A stretch of 64,000 nucleotides of DNA from the human T2T-CHM13v2.0 reference genome, Homo sapiens: the NCBI RefSeq assembly GCF_009914755.1, contig NC_060929.1. One strand, 5' to 3'. Both the position numbers and the translations under genes were made by a program. Position 1 is the first letter of the stretch; each line of letters starts with the position of its first letter. This document shows, piece after piece, positions 41,001 to 56,006 of this stretch. The notes under the pieces were generated by a model. That model was not told the DNA's origin. It ran no database searches and was given only the letters and a program-made list of their open reading frames with translations.

Positions 41001-44000
41001 TCCTTCCTTATAACCTTTTTATGACTCTAGGGTCTGTAGTGGTATGTATTAATTGACTCTTGATACTGGCAATTTATATCTGTTCTTCTCTTTTTCTTGT
41101 TCAGTCAACTGAAAGTATATAAATTTTGTTGATCCTTTCAAAGAATGACCTTTTGATTTTATTGTTTTTCCATTTTTATTTTATTAATGTCAGATCTGAT
41201 CTTTATTATTTTCTCCTTTTATTTTGAGTTTGCTTTGATATTCATTTTATCAGTATCTTAAGGTAGAGGTTTAGACTACCGAATTTAGACTTTTCCCATT
41301 TTTCAAAAAAAGCATGTAATGCTATACATTTTGTTGTAAGAACTGCTTTAGCTGAAGCCTGCAAAGTTTTACATGTTGCATTTTTAGTTTTCATTTCATT
41401 CAGTTTAAAATATTGCTGTCATCTTCAATTCATTGGGTTATTTAAACATATTTTATGCTGGGCACAGTGGTTCATTCCTATAATCCCAGCACTTTGGGAG
41501 ACAAAGGTGGGCAGATTGCTTGAGCCCAGGAGTTTGAGACCAGCCTGGGCAACATGGCAAAATCTTGTCTCTACAAAACATACAAAAATTAGCCAGGTGT
41601 GATGGCATGTACATGTAGTCCCAGCTACTCAGGAAGCTGAGGCAGGAGGATCCCTTGAACCCAGGAGGGTGAGGTTTCAGTAAGCCAAGATTGTGCCACT
41701 TGCCTGGGGACAGAGCAAGACCCTGTCTCAAAAATACAAAACGAAACATATTTTGCTTAATTTCCAAATACTTAGGAATTTCAAAAATATCTTCTTATTA
41801 TTTATTTCTAATTTAATGCCATCATGTCAGATAATGTATTCTGTATAATTTCAGTCCTCTTAAACTTATTGAAACTTATGTAATGCCCTATTATTTGGTT
41901 TACATTGGAGAAGGCTCCAGGTTCACTTGAGAAGGTATGAATTCTGCCATTGTATGGTGGAGATTCTATAAAGGTCAACTTATTTGAGTTGGTCGATGGT
42001 GTTGTTTAGGTCTTCTATGTACTTGCTGATTTTCTCTCCACTTGTTATATTAGTTGCTAAGAGAGGAGTGCTAATATTACCAACTCTACTCATGAAAGTA
42101 TCTATTTCTTTTTTCACTCTAGAAATTGTATGCCTCATGATTTTAACACACATATTATTAAGTACATACAAACTTAGGATGAGTATATCTTCTTGTTAAA
42201 TTGACTTTTTTGTTATAATAAAATATATTCTGTATGTCTTTCTATATATTGTAGTATTTCTTGTCCTAAAGCCTACTTCGTCTGATACTGAGATAGTCAC
42301 TTCAGCTTTCTTATGATTAGTTTTTGCATTTTATCCTCCTTTCTGTCATTTTATTTTAACCTGGTTCTGTCTTTATATTTAAAGCTTATTTCTTACAGAT
42401 AGGATATATTGGAGTATTGCTTTTTTATCATCTAATAATCTCTTCTGTTCAATTAATGTTTTTACATCATTTATATTTAGTGTAACTATTATTATGATTT
42501 GATTTAAATCAGCCTGTTACTATTTGTCCCATCTGTTTTTTACTACTTTGTCTTTATTTTTTTTGCCTTTTTCTATATTGAGATTATAAAATTATTCCAA
42601 TTTATCAGAATTATCATCTTACTAGTTGTACCTCTTTATAATTATATATAATTTTAGTGCTGTCTAGTGTTTACAACATGAAACTTTAACTGAGTGAAGT
42701 ACACCTTTAAATGTTATATCTCTATGTATATAATGCAAGACCTTTATAAGGGTGTGATTCCATTTCCCATTGTCGTATATCTTATTTATACATATAAACC
42801 TCATAATATAGTATTACTTTTTGCTTTAAATGATCAGTTATTTCTAAAAATTTCAAAAATGGAAAAAATAACCTTAATACTTATTTGCGCATTTACCATT
42901 TTGGAGGCTCTTTATTTATTTTTATAGATCCAAATTCTGAGCTGGTTTTGCTTAATTTCAGCATAAAGTTGTGGGTTTTTTTTTTCCTACTAACGTTGTT
43001 GTTCATATCTATGGTGATAATTGGATTTCTTTACTCAAAAAAAATGTTTGCCTTATGTTTGACAAATATATCCCTGGACATAGAACTACAGGTTGACTTT
43101 TTTTTTTCTTTGCTGCACTTTATAGATTGTTTTCATTGTCTTCTGGCTTTCATTGTTTCTCTTAGGCAATGTGTAATTATTATTATCTTAGTCTCCCCTG
43201 TTCATGTTTTCTCACCCTCTAATCCCTGGCTGCTTGCAGGGTTTTCTTTGTACTTATTTGACTGGGCTTTAGTGAGTTTATTCTACCTGTGTGTTCATAG
43301 TTTTCATCAGTTTGGAAAAATACTAACCATTATTTATTCAAGTGTATTTCTGACCTCTTTTCTGTTTCAGGGACTCCAGATATACTTCTATTAGATTGTT
43401 TAATGTTTTCCCATAGGTCCCTGAGGCTCTAGTGTTTTTCCTCCATCTCTGTGCTTTTTTTTGAGGGGATATGATGCGTTTTTTATATATTTAAGTTCTC
43501 TGATTTGTCTTCTGCAATGTATAGCTCTATTTATTTTTGATGGTTGCATTGTATTCTATTTCATGAAAATAGAATATCATAATTTACTCATCCATTTTTC
43601 TAATTAAGGGCACTACATTATTTCCAGTTTCTTGCCATTTGCAATAGTCCTGCAACAAATATCATTGTACATATGTTTTTACTTAATTTATTTCTATGAG
43701 ATAGAGTTCTAGGTCTGGGATCTTTGGGCGAAAGGAATATTTATTTAATTTTAAACTTATTTACCCTTCCAAACTTCTTCACTTTTCAAATCTTCTGACT
43801 CAAACATTTCTAGTTGCTCATATACATATAATTTACACAAAATAATTAATGTGATAATTTTATATATTTTATTTTAGTGCAGTCATTTCTTTCCTTTTTC
43901 ATCTTTGCTTTGCTATCATCTCCCCTTTTCTCTGCCCTCCAAGTGACACTTTTCTGAGGTATTTAATCTGCTAAATCCATCTAGTGAGTTCTCATTTCAG

Positions 44001-44050
44001 ATATTGACTTTTTTACCTCTAGAAGATCTATTTGGTTCTTGAGTAGATTT
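38090..44050 (-). mobile_element. Large old L1M block (several nested fragments; main piece ~38720-43520), interrupted by an AluJ
   Basis: Continuous T-rich antisense L1 motifs, e.g. gctatgaacattcatgtgcaag, atattgagtcttcccatcaatgaa, gatggatagaatttactactgaagtcatatgagcctggag and tcagtttggaaaaatac. Confidence 0.8.
41457..41740 (+). mobile_element. AluJ
   Basis: gattgcttgagcccaggagtttgagaccagcctgggcaac and ggaggatccc diagnostics; TSD aaacatatttt. Confidence 0.92.
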
Positions 44051-46539
44051 CTATTAGGTATTGAATGAGAGAAGCACAACATAGAAAATTGGATATAGTA
44101 TGCATCAATGACCTAAACCAAACAAATAACAAAACCTGCATGTATTTGTATTTAATAATAGCTGCATAGTATTTTGTAAAATATATACCAGATGGCCTAG
44201 AGGTAGAAGATATAATGCTATCATAAATAATGCCCAAAACAGTTTGTGTGCCAGTATATATGTGCATGAATTTCTCTATGATTGGCAGTTAAGTGGAAAA
44301 GCGGGGTTATAAGACATGGCTTACGATCTCTACTAATACCATCTGAATCTTGTGGTGATGGTGATGATGATGATGAAGACACTGGTATTCGACTACTGAG
44401 TCAATTTTTAAAACTGTGTAGATTTATTTATATGTGTTATTTCTTCTGGCCTCTGTTTTAGAAATAAATATTAATCTTGTAATTTGACCATTTCATCTAA
44501 GTTTTCAAATCTGGTTTAGGAAACCACTTAGTCTAACCTAAGCAGGAAAGGAATTCTTGCAACGACAGTCTTGTAGAACTCAAGGGCAGAAATGTAGTCA
44601 AAGCTCAGGAAGGGCCTGGGACTAGGAGCTGAAAAGCTTTCAGTGTGGTTTTCCATCTCTTTCCTCTGCCCCTTGGTTTTGTTTCTCTTCTTTTGCAAGA
44701 TGGCTGGCTTTCTCTACTTTTTAATCCATGACTTCTTCTAAGCAACCAAATCACATGTTACAGTTCCACCCAAACACTGAGAATAGACTGGTATTTCCCT
44801 GTCCAAATCAACATTCCCAGGAAGGATAATCTGGCTCACGGTGGCCACGAATTAACTTCCTCTTAGACAGGAGCATGAACAACAGACACTGGTGCCGCCC
44901 TTTGTGGACGTGTTTCCCATAGCAAAGGCGGGAGTCTTCTATACCTGCTTCTCAGTCAAATAGATTGCATGAGTCACTGGAACTAAGCAATTTGGTACAT
45001 TTAGCATTTCTCCACTCTCCAGAATTATTAAGCTGAAAATGTTTTTTAATCAAATTTTATAGGAAAATAAAGTTTTAATTCAGTAAACATCTCAACAAAT
45101 AAAAACTTAGATGTTTATTACATGACATTCAATATTACCTTTAGCATAAATAGAAAAATGTTACCCAGTACATAAATATTTTCCTCATTGAATATTCAAT
45201 TAGTAAATGCAAGTAAATAATCTTCATTAGCCAGAATAACTATGCTTTATTTGCTGTGCTAAACATTCCTTAATAAATCAGACATGACACTGCATTATTT
45301 CTCTTTATAAAAGTCCTATTTTGTTCCTTTTAGCAGATCTCCGAGTTCTGTCTGCAATGGAAACAAATAATATATCTGATATAGATGAAAATTTTCAAAC
45401 ATTAAATATCAGTTTCTTAGCAACCATAGAAATTTAAAGAGTTCACTTTCTCAGTACCCATTGAGAAGTGTGTCAATAATTAAATGTTTCCTAAAAGAAA
45501 GAGATTCAGCACATCTGCTTGGGAGAGTGTTGTGGGAGGCTCACATGATGGATGGCCTCAGCCCACATCATGACACTTGGCCATGGAACTGCGATGTGTG
45601 TCCCGCCTTCATAGCTGTCTTGGCGACAAGCTGTGGGTCAGGATTTAGGATGGTGTCTACCGGACTCTTAGGTACCTTCCTCCGAGAGAGCCCCATTTGT
45701 AATCTATTTTACCCTTCAGTGTAGTATTACGTGCCTGCAAAAGTGATATTTCTGAGGATTGATACTCCAATACATCATAATCTGAAGGTTTTTAGGTTTA
45801 TACTTTGTGTTCTGAACTAAGCAGATAACAAGAGCTCACTTAGTCATTTCTCCGATAAAAAGTTATCTTCAAAGAAGAGGACAATTTTGCAAATATTATT
45901 CTACTACCAGCATTTAGTATTAAAAAGTGTCTAATTTGAAGGAAAATTTTCAAATGAGAATTAAGAGTGCTGATGCTTTGTGGAAGACGCCAAGTGACCT
46001 GAAACATCACCCTCTGATTATTTCTATCAAAAGCACATTGTTTTAGCTTCTTGGAATGATTTGTAATTGGTTTCTAATTTGGGTTGACCCTGGAATATAA
46101 AAGAACCTCTCTGCTATTTTCTGACATCATGAAAAGCAATGCAGTCTTACATTGCTCAGACTATCTCTGAGCACTTGCCCAGGAAGCTGCAGGTGTGTGG
46201 GAGTGTGGCAGGTGCACAGCCGGCAGGTGCAGGAGGCCCTGCTCTCTTGGGGTTTCTGTTTCTAGGGAAGCAGAAAGCTCTGTGCCACTCAGGCCCCGTG
46301 GCCCTGTGAATTCTGAGTGTGTCTTCCTCCACTCTCTGGCATGACAATTGATCTGGGGATAGCAGCAGATGTGCCGCTACCTGAGAATCAAGATCCACAT
46401 GGAACTTTCATTGAGCTAGCTGGGGGAGCACTCATGAGATCACATTTGCTATGGAACAATGAAGGGCAGCTACCTAGGTTAAAACAAAACCCAAAATAAA
46501 AACTTCAAAATGACAGACAGGAGAGGAATCATGAATCTC

Positions 46540-46780
46540 TAAACAGATATATATGTAGAAATGATTTAGGGTTTTTGGTTAAATAGAAATTCCCAGTAAG
46601 TCAGCCATGGTGAAGATTCTATTGTAATCTGATGTGTTCTTAGCCCTTGTTCATGAATACCTGGTGTCTATCCCTGGACTAGGAGGGCAGGAGTGCTTGT
46701 CAGGCAGTACCTGAACAAGATGTTGGATTTGGGGCTGCACATTTAAAGATGAGAATGCCTGGGGCCAGGGGTGCTCCACT
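46540..46780 (+). mobile_element. Possible CR1/L3 LINE remnant
   Basis: gatttagggtttttggtt...gtaagtcagcca and gtcaggcagtacctg...ggggctgcacatttaaag resemble the L3 RT 3' region. Confidence 0.4.
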
Positions 46781-47311
46781 GATAGAGATAGGATAGAATG
46801 ACACTATTATTAAAAATAAAATATGAGATAAACTGACACAGGTAGGATTTACCCTATGAGAGATTTATTTTTGGGCTTCTTCAAGGCATTAATTACTCAG
46901 GAATAGAAGAAGCCTCTTTGTGAAAAGATCTTATGCATAAGGCTATTGCATTTGGGAAGTTTGGAGGAAGACCTTGTATTGAGCTTAAAGTACAGAAAAC
47001 TGTAAGGAGGGTATGAGACAGAAGTGGTTTATCAGAATGATGATGACGTGTAACTAAATTCCAAAGACTTGAGTCAACCATTCCTGAGAAGTAATTGTAG
47101 CTATAGGATTTTGTGTGTTTCAAGTACCTAATACACTGTGCGTGTTTAGGTGTGTTTGTGAATGTGTGTGTCTGTGTGTACAGACATTCTGATAACTTTT
47201 ACAAAAGGTAAATCTAAGAGCTTCAGTGAGAACAACAATCACATCATATTTTCCAGAAATAATAAAAGTTAGACTAGGTGTTAAGGCAAGCAGATCGTCA
47301 GAATCCAAGGC

Positions 47312-47611
47312 TTTTTTTTTTTTTTTTTTTTTTTTGGAGTATTGCTCTGTCACGCAGGCTCGAATGCAATGGTGTGATCTCGGCTCACTGCAACCTCTGC
47401 CTCCTGGGTTCAAGTGATTCTACTGTCCCGGCTCGTGAGTAGCTGGGATTACAGGCATGCGCCATCACGCCCGGCTAATTTTTGTATCTTTAGTAGAGAC
47501 AGGGTTTCACTATGTTGGCCAGGCTGGTCTCGAACTCCAGACCTCAAATGATCTGCCTGCCTAGGCCTCCCAAACTGCTGGGATTACAGGCATGAGCCTC
47601 TGCGCCCAGCC
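47312..47611 (-). mobile_element. Alu (AluSx/Sq-like)
   Basis: Antisense dimer with a poly-T tail. Confidence 0.95.
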
Positions 47612-49820
47612 GGCTCTCTGTTTTATGGATGGGTTTGTCCAACAGTTTGTTCCTGCAGCAGGAGACGTGAAGTCCCAGCAGCCTTCTCCTTCAGCACTGG
47701 GTGGATGTAGCTTCTGGTTCCTGCTCACGTGTCCGGGGTGTCCAGCGTCTGAATCTGTCACCATGGAAGCCACATCTAAGATCAGGCACGCTCTCTTCCC
47801 TCCCCCAGGAACAAACCCCTCCGTGATGTTGCATCACAGCCATTCCTATGTGGGCAGTTGTGATCACATGAGGGAGAGTCCAGCCATTTCCTAGGCATCC
47901 TGGGACGGGGGTGCGGGGAGGGAATATGATATGTGACAATGTGACAGATTCTCCAGTTGGAGGGGTTGGGGTCTGAATTTCATGGCAGGAAATCATCACG
48001 CTACATAAATAAGTGAATGAATGAACAAATGACCAATTAAATAAATCAAATACCTGGAATGACTTGCAGTTACTATCAAAAGCTGCTGTTTGTATTTTTA
48101 TTTTACAACACCGGTAATTGCTTTTTTTATACCCTATGGCTATGATAGATTTTTCCCCCATAATTATAATTTCAGTAAATTTTTGCAATTGTAAAATAGT
48201 GCATTTTTAAAGAAATCCAGCTGTCTTTCCCCATTGAGCAGATCTTGGTTTTCTGTTGTTAATTCGATTGTGTTTTTCACTCTGGGTGCCCAACTCCAAG
48301 AACTCTTTACAGGGGTGGGTTTATGATGGATGCCAGCTGGTCTGATAGAAGGAAACAGATATTGATTTTTAATATTTTCTCCCAACTTGTTTACTCTAGG
48401 ATAATACAGCAGCTGTGTGGCAGCTTGTCTCAGAGTGGAAAGGATTATTACCTCTGCCTTTTGATGAGATAAATTACCTAGGATGACTTGAATGGCTAAA
48501 GGGGATACTTTGATGTTATGTTGCTTCATTTACCCTTATGACTAAATGGTTATTGATTTTATATTTTTAAGCTCTTGAAACGTGAAAATAAGTTGGTGGA
48601 GAAGGCCGGCTGTGTTAGTTTTATTAATTTATTTCTTCAGGGCATAATTCACTTTGGACCAGGTTGTGAAGGTTTTGGGTTCATGACCGGCTGCAGATAC
48701 AGTTGCAAAGAAATGGCTTATTTATATAGTCATTGCAAGTAGTCCCAAAATCAATACAGTCTGGGATTGGATGATTAAACTCAGTCCCTTTGTGGGATTC
48801 ATTCCTGTAGCTGCTGCTGAAATCATGTTGACTGCAGCAGATTCATGTGATCAAGTCTACAAATAGCAAGTTTGTTCAAGTTGAAATATTATTTTTTTGC
48901 TCATCATTTTTTTTTATCTGCTGTGTTCACTCAATGACATTTTAACAGCCAAGGGGGGAAAACAGTTGATTGACTACTTCAATGAAATCAGTAATCTGCA
49001 TTAAAAGAGTCGCCTCCAAGGACTTCTAGAATGTCTGTGGGTGGATTCACGCAGACTTTGATCAGAGGTCCCAGACTGCGCTGGGTTTAGTTGTGGGCGC
49101 GACTGCCAGCAGCAGGAGTCCAAGGTGTAGGCTAAACCTTTAGCTGCTCCATGCGGCTTAGAACGGCTTGGTCCCTCTCTGCGCGTGGGGCTCACTCTGC
49201 ACATTTCTGTGAAATGCTGCTTTTTCTATCACCGTTTGACACGTTGGCACTATTCTACGTTATCTGAAACACACTCATATCACTCCATTTCATTGATAAC
49301 TCCTGATACAAGTGCAGAAATGCTGTCTATAGAGAATCAGGTTCTGCTTTGATCTTTTGTAATTTTCCTTCAATTTATTTTCATACATTTTAAACATAAT
49401 TTCCTATGTCATAGTTATTCCTTGTTGGTAAAATTTTGTTTGGTTACTGAGACTCGGGCATGTTTTAATTGAATTTAACGTTTGAAATTAGGAGTTTTGC
49501 TTTATATAATCTTCCCTGTTTGCCCTCTACTCAGCCACGAGAATACCTAATGCAGTGGGGAAACGGAAGCAGGAAGGACTGATTTTCTGAGAAGATTTTT
49601 CATTTATTTACTCAGCCTGTCAAAGACCAGAGTTAGCCAAAGCCAGAGATTCATGGTCTTGATGAAAGCTAAGGCTTTATTTTTAGTTTAGCAAAGTTTT
49701 CAATATGGCAGTTTTCCTTCCCTGTCCTTCCTCCACATCCCAATTGCTGGGCTTTGAGAGTTTGAAGAGATGGATGAGCAATGGTCACTAGTCTTTTAAG
49801 AGTCAAAAATTTATGTATCA

Positions 49821-50114
<294 letters not shown>

Positions 50115-53100
50115 TCAGTGGAATTTAATATATTACTTTTAGTCTTGGCAATTTATTTCAGATAAAGCTACGTGCTTGCAGAACTTAATACCTATTACCT
50201 GAGAAATCTGTGCTATATACATTCAGGAAACAATTGTGAGACATTTCACATTCAAGATGGGACTTCTCAATGTTATAAGTAATGGTAGCATGTTCGTATG
50301 GAGTTAAAAAAAGGTGTAAAACATTTTTTTGAACTTTATTCAGTCGGCATGTATAATTAATATGCAGTAAATTATATGGTTCCAGTTTAAAGCTTGTTTA
50401 AATGCATAGAATTTGAAGTAGAATGAAGAAATAAAATAACTTTTGGAGTGCTGTAATGTAATATGTTGATCAATTTTATAGGGGAGTGGTGAATATTTAA
50501 TTAATCACCTTTTGACAATTATTCACACTGTTCGGAATCAAGGTCTTCATTAAAGCCGAAGAATAGCTTCATTACAAATGACCCATAAAAGTGTCAAGTG
50601 CTGGCTGCGAGGACAAGTAATTTCCTTTCCCTTTAAAACCATTAGATGGAATGATGAGGGCGGAGAGGGTGACGGAGTGCATATTCGTGTGATTACAAAG
50701 AGAAGCTCAAACAGTAAATTTGACAGCTACGTTGGAGGGGAAGAGGATAAGAGTTATAAAGTGACAGCTGTATTCCTTCAAAGTGCTTTTAATTTTATAA
50801 GAGGACAAGAATGGCAGCATTCTGGTTTTCACTGGATATTTCTCTTTGCCTCATAGTATGTGTTTAGGATTTAGTCGTGCCAGGATTTTGGCACTGGTGG
50901 ATGTAAATAGAGGGATAATGCTGACGTTTTTCACAGTACCTCTCTAGATGGCTCTCAGCAGACGGAAAATGCATCCACTGCCCCCTTGATTGATGGCTGG
51001 GAAGCTGGCCCTCCTGGAACTGCGTCTGGACAGCAGAGAGGGACCCATATGTCAACAGAATCTGTACATGCATTTCCAGGCTTGGCTTCGAGGACTCAGA
51101 AAAGATTCATCATCGAGGCTCCTGTTCAGCCTGAGAACAATCTCAAAAGTTGATAACTGCTTACCTTTCACTGAATCCATTTCTTAACTTTTCAATATTG
51201 GCCAAGAACTCTGACGCTGATCAACTTTCAGATGTCAAGATAGGTCTCTGGGTTTCAGAAATTCTTGCAGATTTTTTTACTGAGTGAAAAATATTTTCCT
51301 TCCCAAATGACTCAGTGATGAAAAATCATTTATGAGAATGTCAAGATTCCATGGCCTTGAAGAAAATGATACAAAAGAGACTCGTTTGGATGACTCCCCT
51401 CCTCCCCACCGGGCTGACAGTAGGCACATTTGCTGTGAGGACCAAAACAGCTTCAAGGGGTCCTGTTAGGCATTGTAGCTGCAAGGTTGAATTCTCTGTG
51501 TTGTGAAAAGTGTTTTAGATCCTTGTCATTGTAAGTGGCCTCCTTAGCTTAAGTCTGGCAAAATGCGAAGGACTAGGACTGATTTGAAAACAAACATGCC
51601 TGAAGATACTTATGTTTTCAAAAGTTCAGGGCATCTTGACCACCACTAAGGTGTGTTCCTTAAACCTCCTCTTTATTTCTTTGAACCTCGTTTATTTGAA
51701 GATCCTACACCCATGGGCAACCTGGCTGTAGTGCACACACCTACACACACAAGTTCAAGTGGCCACTTTTAAGACTAATGGCTATTGACTCTCGGGAATT
51801 CTGTGATGTTATCTCGCCTGTAAAGACTTCGTGGTATGCCGTTTACATTGTATCTGGTGATTGTATAATCATTATTGATTTTCCCTGTGTGTAGTACCTA
51901 TGTCAAACAACCTCATATATTTAAAAGGTGATTATTCCAGTTATATATCTACTATTAGATAAGATCAAAGGTAGTTAAATGTGCGGTAGATGGGGCAAAG
52001 ATGGCATAATGTACTTGTGCCTCTACCTTTGCTATTATACAACTCAACAACAATTGACAGCATTTAATAATTAACTTTCTAAAACATGTTGAGATTTTGG
52101 GCCTGCGGAAGAACGGACCTTGGCAGATGGAGGGAAAGCGTCGAGACCCACAGCTCAAGGCCTCATGGCTCCAGGAATGCAGGCAGCAGGATGAATGGCT
52201 TTTCAAAGGCCCTGGGAAATCATTCTGGGTGCTTAATTTGTGCCTTGTTTTTGTACAAATACTTTTGAAGAAACGAGAAACAAACTTAGACCGATGCGTA
52301 ATTTCCCCCAGGATGTAATCACGGTTAATCCTAAGAGCAGGATTCCCTGGGAGCCACACCTCAGGGGAGGAAACGGGCCTTTTCAACTCCATCTCCGGGG
52401 CAGTGTGGTTATTTTATTAATGATCAAATGGTATTCTGTACATGCTGGGGGAGGAGAACCTCTGCTCCAGCACATTTATTTGAAGGCACACCAAGCTGGT
52501 TTTGTTGTTGTTTTTTGTTGCTGCAGAATTTTCTTAACAACATTTTCATTTTCCAAAATACATTTTGAGTTACAGATTTTGGAATTCATTATAACACAAA
52601 CACATAAATATTTATTATTTTGAAAGCTATTAAGACTACATGTAAGACAATCCAATGGGAGTTTGTGGCAACTGGGAAAGAGAGCTCCACAAAAACCAAA
52701 TTCTACTATGAGGCTTCACACACATGCAGCCCATGGAGACTTGTTGGAAAGTCTTGGTTGCCATTGTCTCCCTGTGCCCAGCTTGTGCCGTCATGGTCAT
52801 CCCTCCTTTCCTCCCTGGTTCTCCTCCTCTGAGAGGCTGGGAGGGCTGGGCTGACTGCAGAGTGGGCTTGGTGGGCCGGATTGGGGGCTTGCCTGCTGGG
52901 TGGTGGCCTGAGTGGAGGATAGATGGTTTGTGGCTTCACTGGCTTCATTAGAAGTATTATGCAGAGTATCTCCTAGGGCCACATAATTTTTTTTCTTTTA
53001 CATAATGTTAATTAGGAGTTATCCTTTTAGTTAAGGCAGCTAATGGAACACCACTACAACAACAATAACAAAAACCAGAACAATGCAAGTTTATTTCAGG

Positions 53101-53116
53101 AAACAGCAAATTCAAC

Positions 53117-53390
53117 TTTTTTTTTTTTAAATGTGATCTCACTTGTCACCCCGGCTGGAGTGCACTGGTGCAATCATAGCTCATTGCAGCCTCAAATTCT
53201 TGGGCTCAAGCTTCTTGAGTAGCTGGGACTACAGGCCTGAGCCACCATGCCTGGCTGATTATTTTTATTTTTTGGTAGAGACAGGGTCTCATTATGTTGC
53301 CTAGGCTGGTCTCGAACATCTGGCCTCAAGTGATCCTTCCACCTTGGCCTCCCAAAGTGCTGGGATTGTAGGAGTGAGCCACTGCACATC
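53117..53390 (-). mobile_element. AluJ
   Basis: atcatagctcattgcagcctc and tatgttgcctaggctgg; TSD caaatt(c/t)aa(c/t)ttt. Confidence 0.9.
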
Positions 53391-53432
53391 TCACAAATTT
53401 AATTTTAATGTCAGATTTATCAGCTTGAATGA

Positions 53433-53835
<403 letters not shown>

Positions 53836-53986
53836 TGGATTTAGTTGTACATAAAATTGAACAAGACCTGATGAAGAAGAGGAAATCAACAGTGATATTT
53901 CCCCGTGTCTTGTGGAATCCATTGTGTTGAAGGCAGCCCAGGGAGCTTGCACTGAGCTTTTCCTGCATTTAGTGAATATTCTTCCC

Positions 53987-54346
53987 TGCTACAGGCTGAA
54001 TGTCTGTGTACCCCCAAAATCCACATGTAGAAACCCTCACTCCCAAGGTGACAGTATGAGGAGGTGGGGCTTTTGGGAGGTGATTAGGTCAGGGGGGTGG
54101 AGCCCTTATGAATGGGATTCAGGGTTCACGGCCTTATCCAAGCAACCCCAAGGAGCTCCCTCATCTCTTCCACCATGTGAAGGCACAGAGAGAGGGCGCC
54201 CTCTGTGGACCAGGAAACCACAGGGAAGCTGCAGGTGCCTTGACCTTGGATTTCCAGGGTCCAGAACTGTGGGAAATACATTTTTGCTATTTATAAACCC
54301 CCTAGTCTATGATATTTTGTTAGAATAGCACAAACAGACGAAGACA
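53987..54346 (+). mobile_element. MaLR solo LTR (MLT1A/MSTD-like)
   Basis: TGcta...aagaCA ends; tttgggaggtgattaggtca and ccttgaccttggatttcca...tccagaactgtg motifs. Confidence 0.8.
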
Positions 54347-56006
54347 CTCTCCTATAGCTCCAACAAATACCTCCCGCAAAAACCCGCTGTGGTTTGACTG
54401 GAAGGGTCACATCTGACACGTTTTTTTGAATTTTCCATGATCTCCTCAAAGACCACACTCTACCTTTGACGTGAAAACTGAGCTTCACCAAATCATTACC
54501 CACTTTTTACCTTGACAGTAGTGGAATAAAATATGATTTGGGTCATATTCTTGTCAAATTCAAAACCATTCTCAGAAGAGTTGATTACATTTTTAATTAA
54601 TTTGGTGATTTTAACTGATTTCATGTTTAGTTTTGGAGTCAAATTCATAACTTTTACCCCTTAAACTAATCTTATATAATGTTCAATGGCTTAATATATT
54701 GCTTGTCAATGAGATGTCATTTTCTTTTAGTTGAGGTCAAGGTTGCCATATTGTAAAAAAATCTTCTAAGTTTTAGGAAAATATAAACTTTTCTCTGGGG
54801 CAATCTGATCGTGAAATATAAAATTTGCTGTGCTATGCGACATGGCAGCAGCTTCTTGCCCACAGAAAGACAGAAAGCCCAGTGGTCTTGTTAATGACAG
54901 TGGATGTGGTCCTGGAGTTCACGTTCTGCTCCCTACGCTGGAGGAACCCTCTGTGGGAGTAACAGGAGGCCCTCAGCCCAGCGCCCACTAAGTATCTGCC
55001 ACATAGGGTGCCACTGAGAGTCAAGGCAGGAGCTGGATACAACTCTTAGCTATCAGAGAGTAGACTCCACCAATCACTGGGATGTGATTTGTGCACCGTC
55101 AGTGGGATGCCAGGGTTGGGAAGCACAGGCCCCATAGGGGGCTGGAGGTCTTCCTGGGGTTCGCTGGGCTGCTGGCACTGGGGCCTTCTCTGGAAGAGTC
55201 AGTGGCCGGTCTTGCAGCTTCAGCTTGTCCTGACCAGCTCCTCGCAGAGGCCTGTGCAGCAGTAACGCCATCAGAGGCGACTTGCATGTTGCCCCAGGCC
55301 GGGTTTGTCCCAGACCTGCCGGATGAGGAAGCATTTCCAGGAGAACCTGCTTGGGCAGGGGAAGGACCGAAAACCAGAGGGGCCGACAGGGCAAAGCACC
55401 CCAGCAGACCTTACGGAGGGAACCAGGTCAGTGCCCCCGGGAGCTCAAGTGCGCCCAGACTTATCTGCATGGTGAGTAATGGGGGTTGAGGCAGTCAGGA
55501 CATTCACACCCCCCACTGCTCAACAGCTGCTTCCCCAGAGCATGTTGTCAATTCCCAGGCACTGTCAGCTCAAGCACAGCTGGCTCTGGAGGCCCACAGG
55601 CAGCCTCTGAGAGTGACACAGGGGTTGGCTGCTGGGCGTGAAGAGAAGCCTGGGGCTGGAGCGGTACGTTGGTGATGAGGTGTGGAGGACCGTGGGTGAG
55701 CAGCAGACGGTCCTCCTCACCTGATGGAGGGGAGAGATGCATTTCTCAGTAGCTTGGCTGATTGAATTCTCATTCTGATAGCAAACATACACCCTATCTA
55801 TATTTCCAAAATGCTCATGGCATTTGATGACCTAAAAATCTGTTTAAATTAGCCATTCAAACATTTTTGGTGATGTCAAACCAAATAACAAACACAGAAG
55901 AATTTTCTAGTGCTGATGAGTTTGATGAGGAATGAGCATTGCACTGTGGAATACAGGAGCCATGGTAAGCGATGGGTGAACTCACGGAGGCAGAGGAAGA
56001 CACAGG

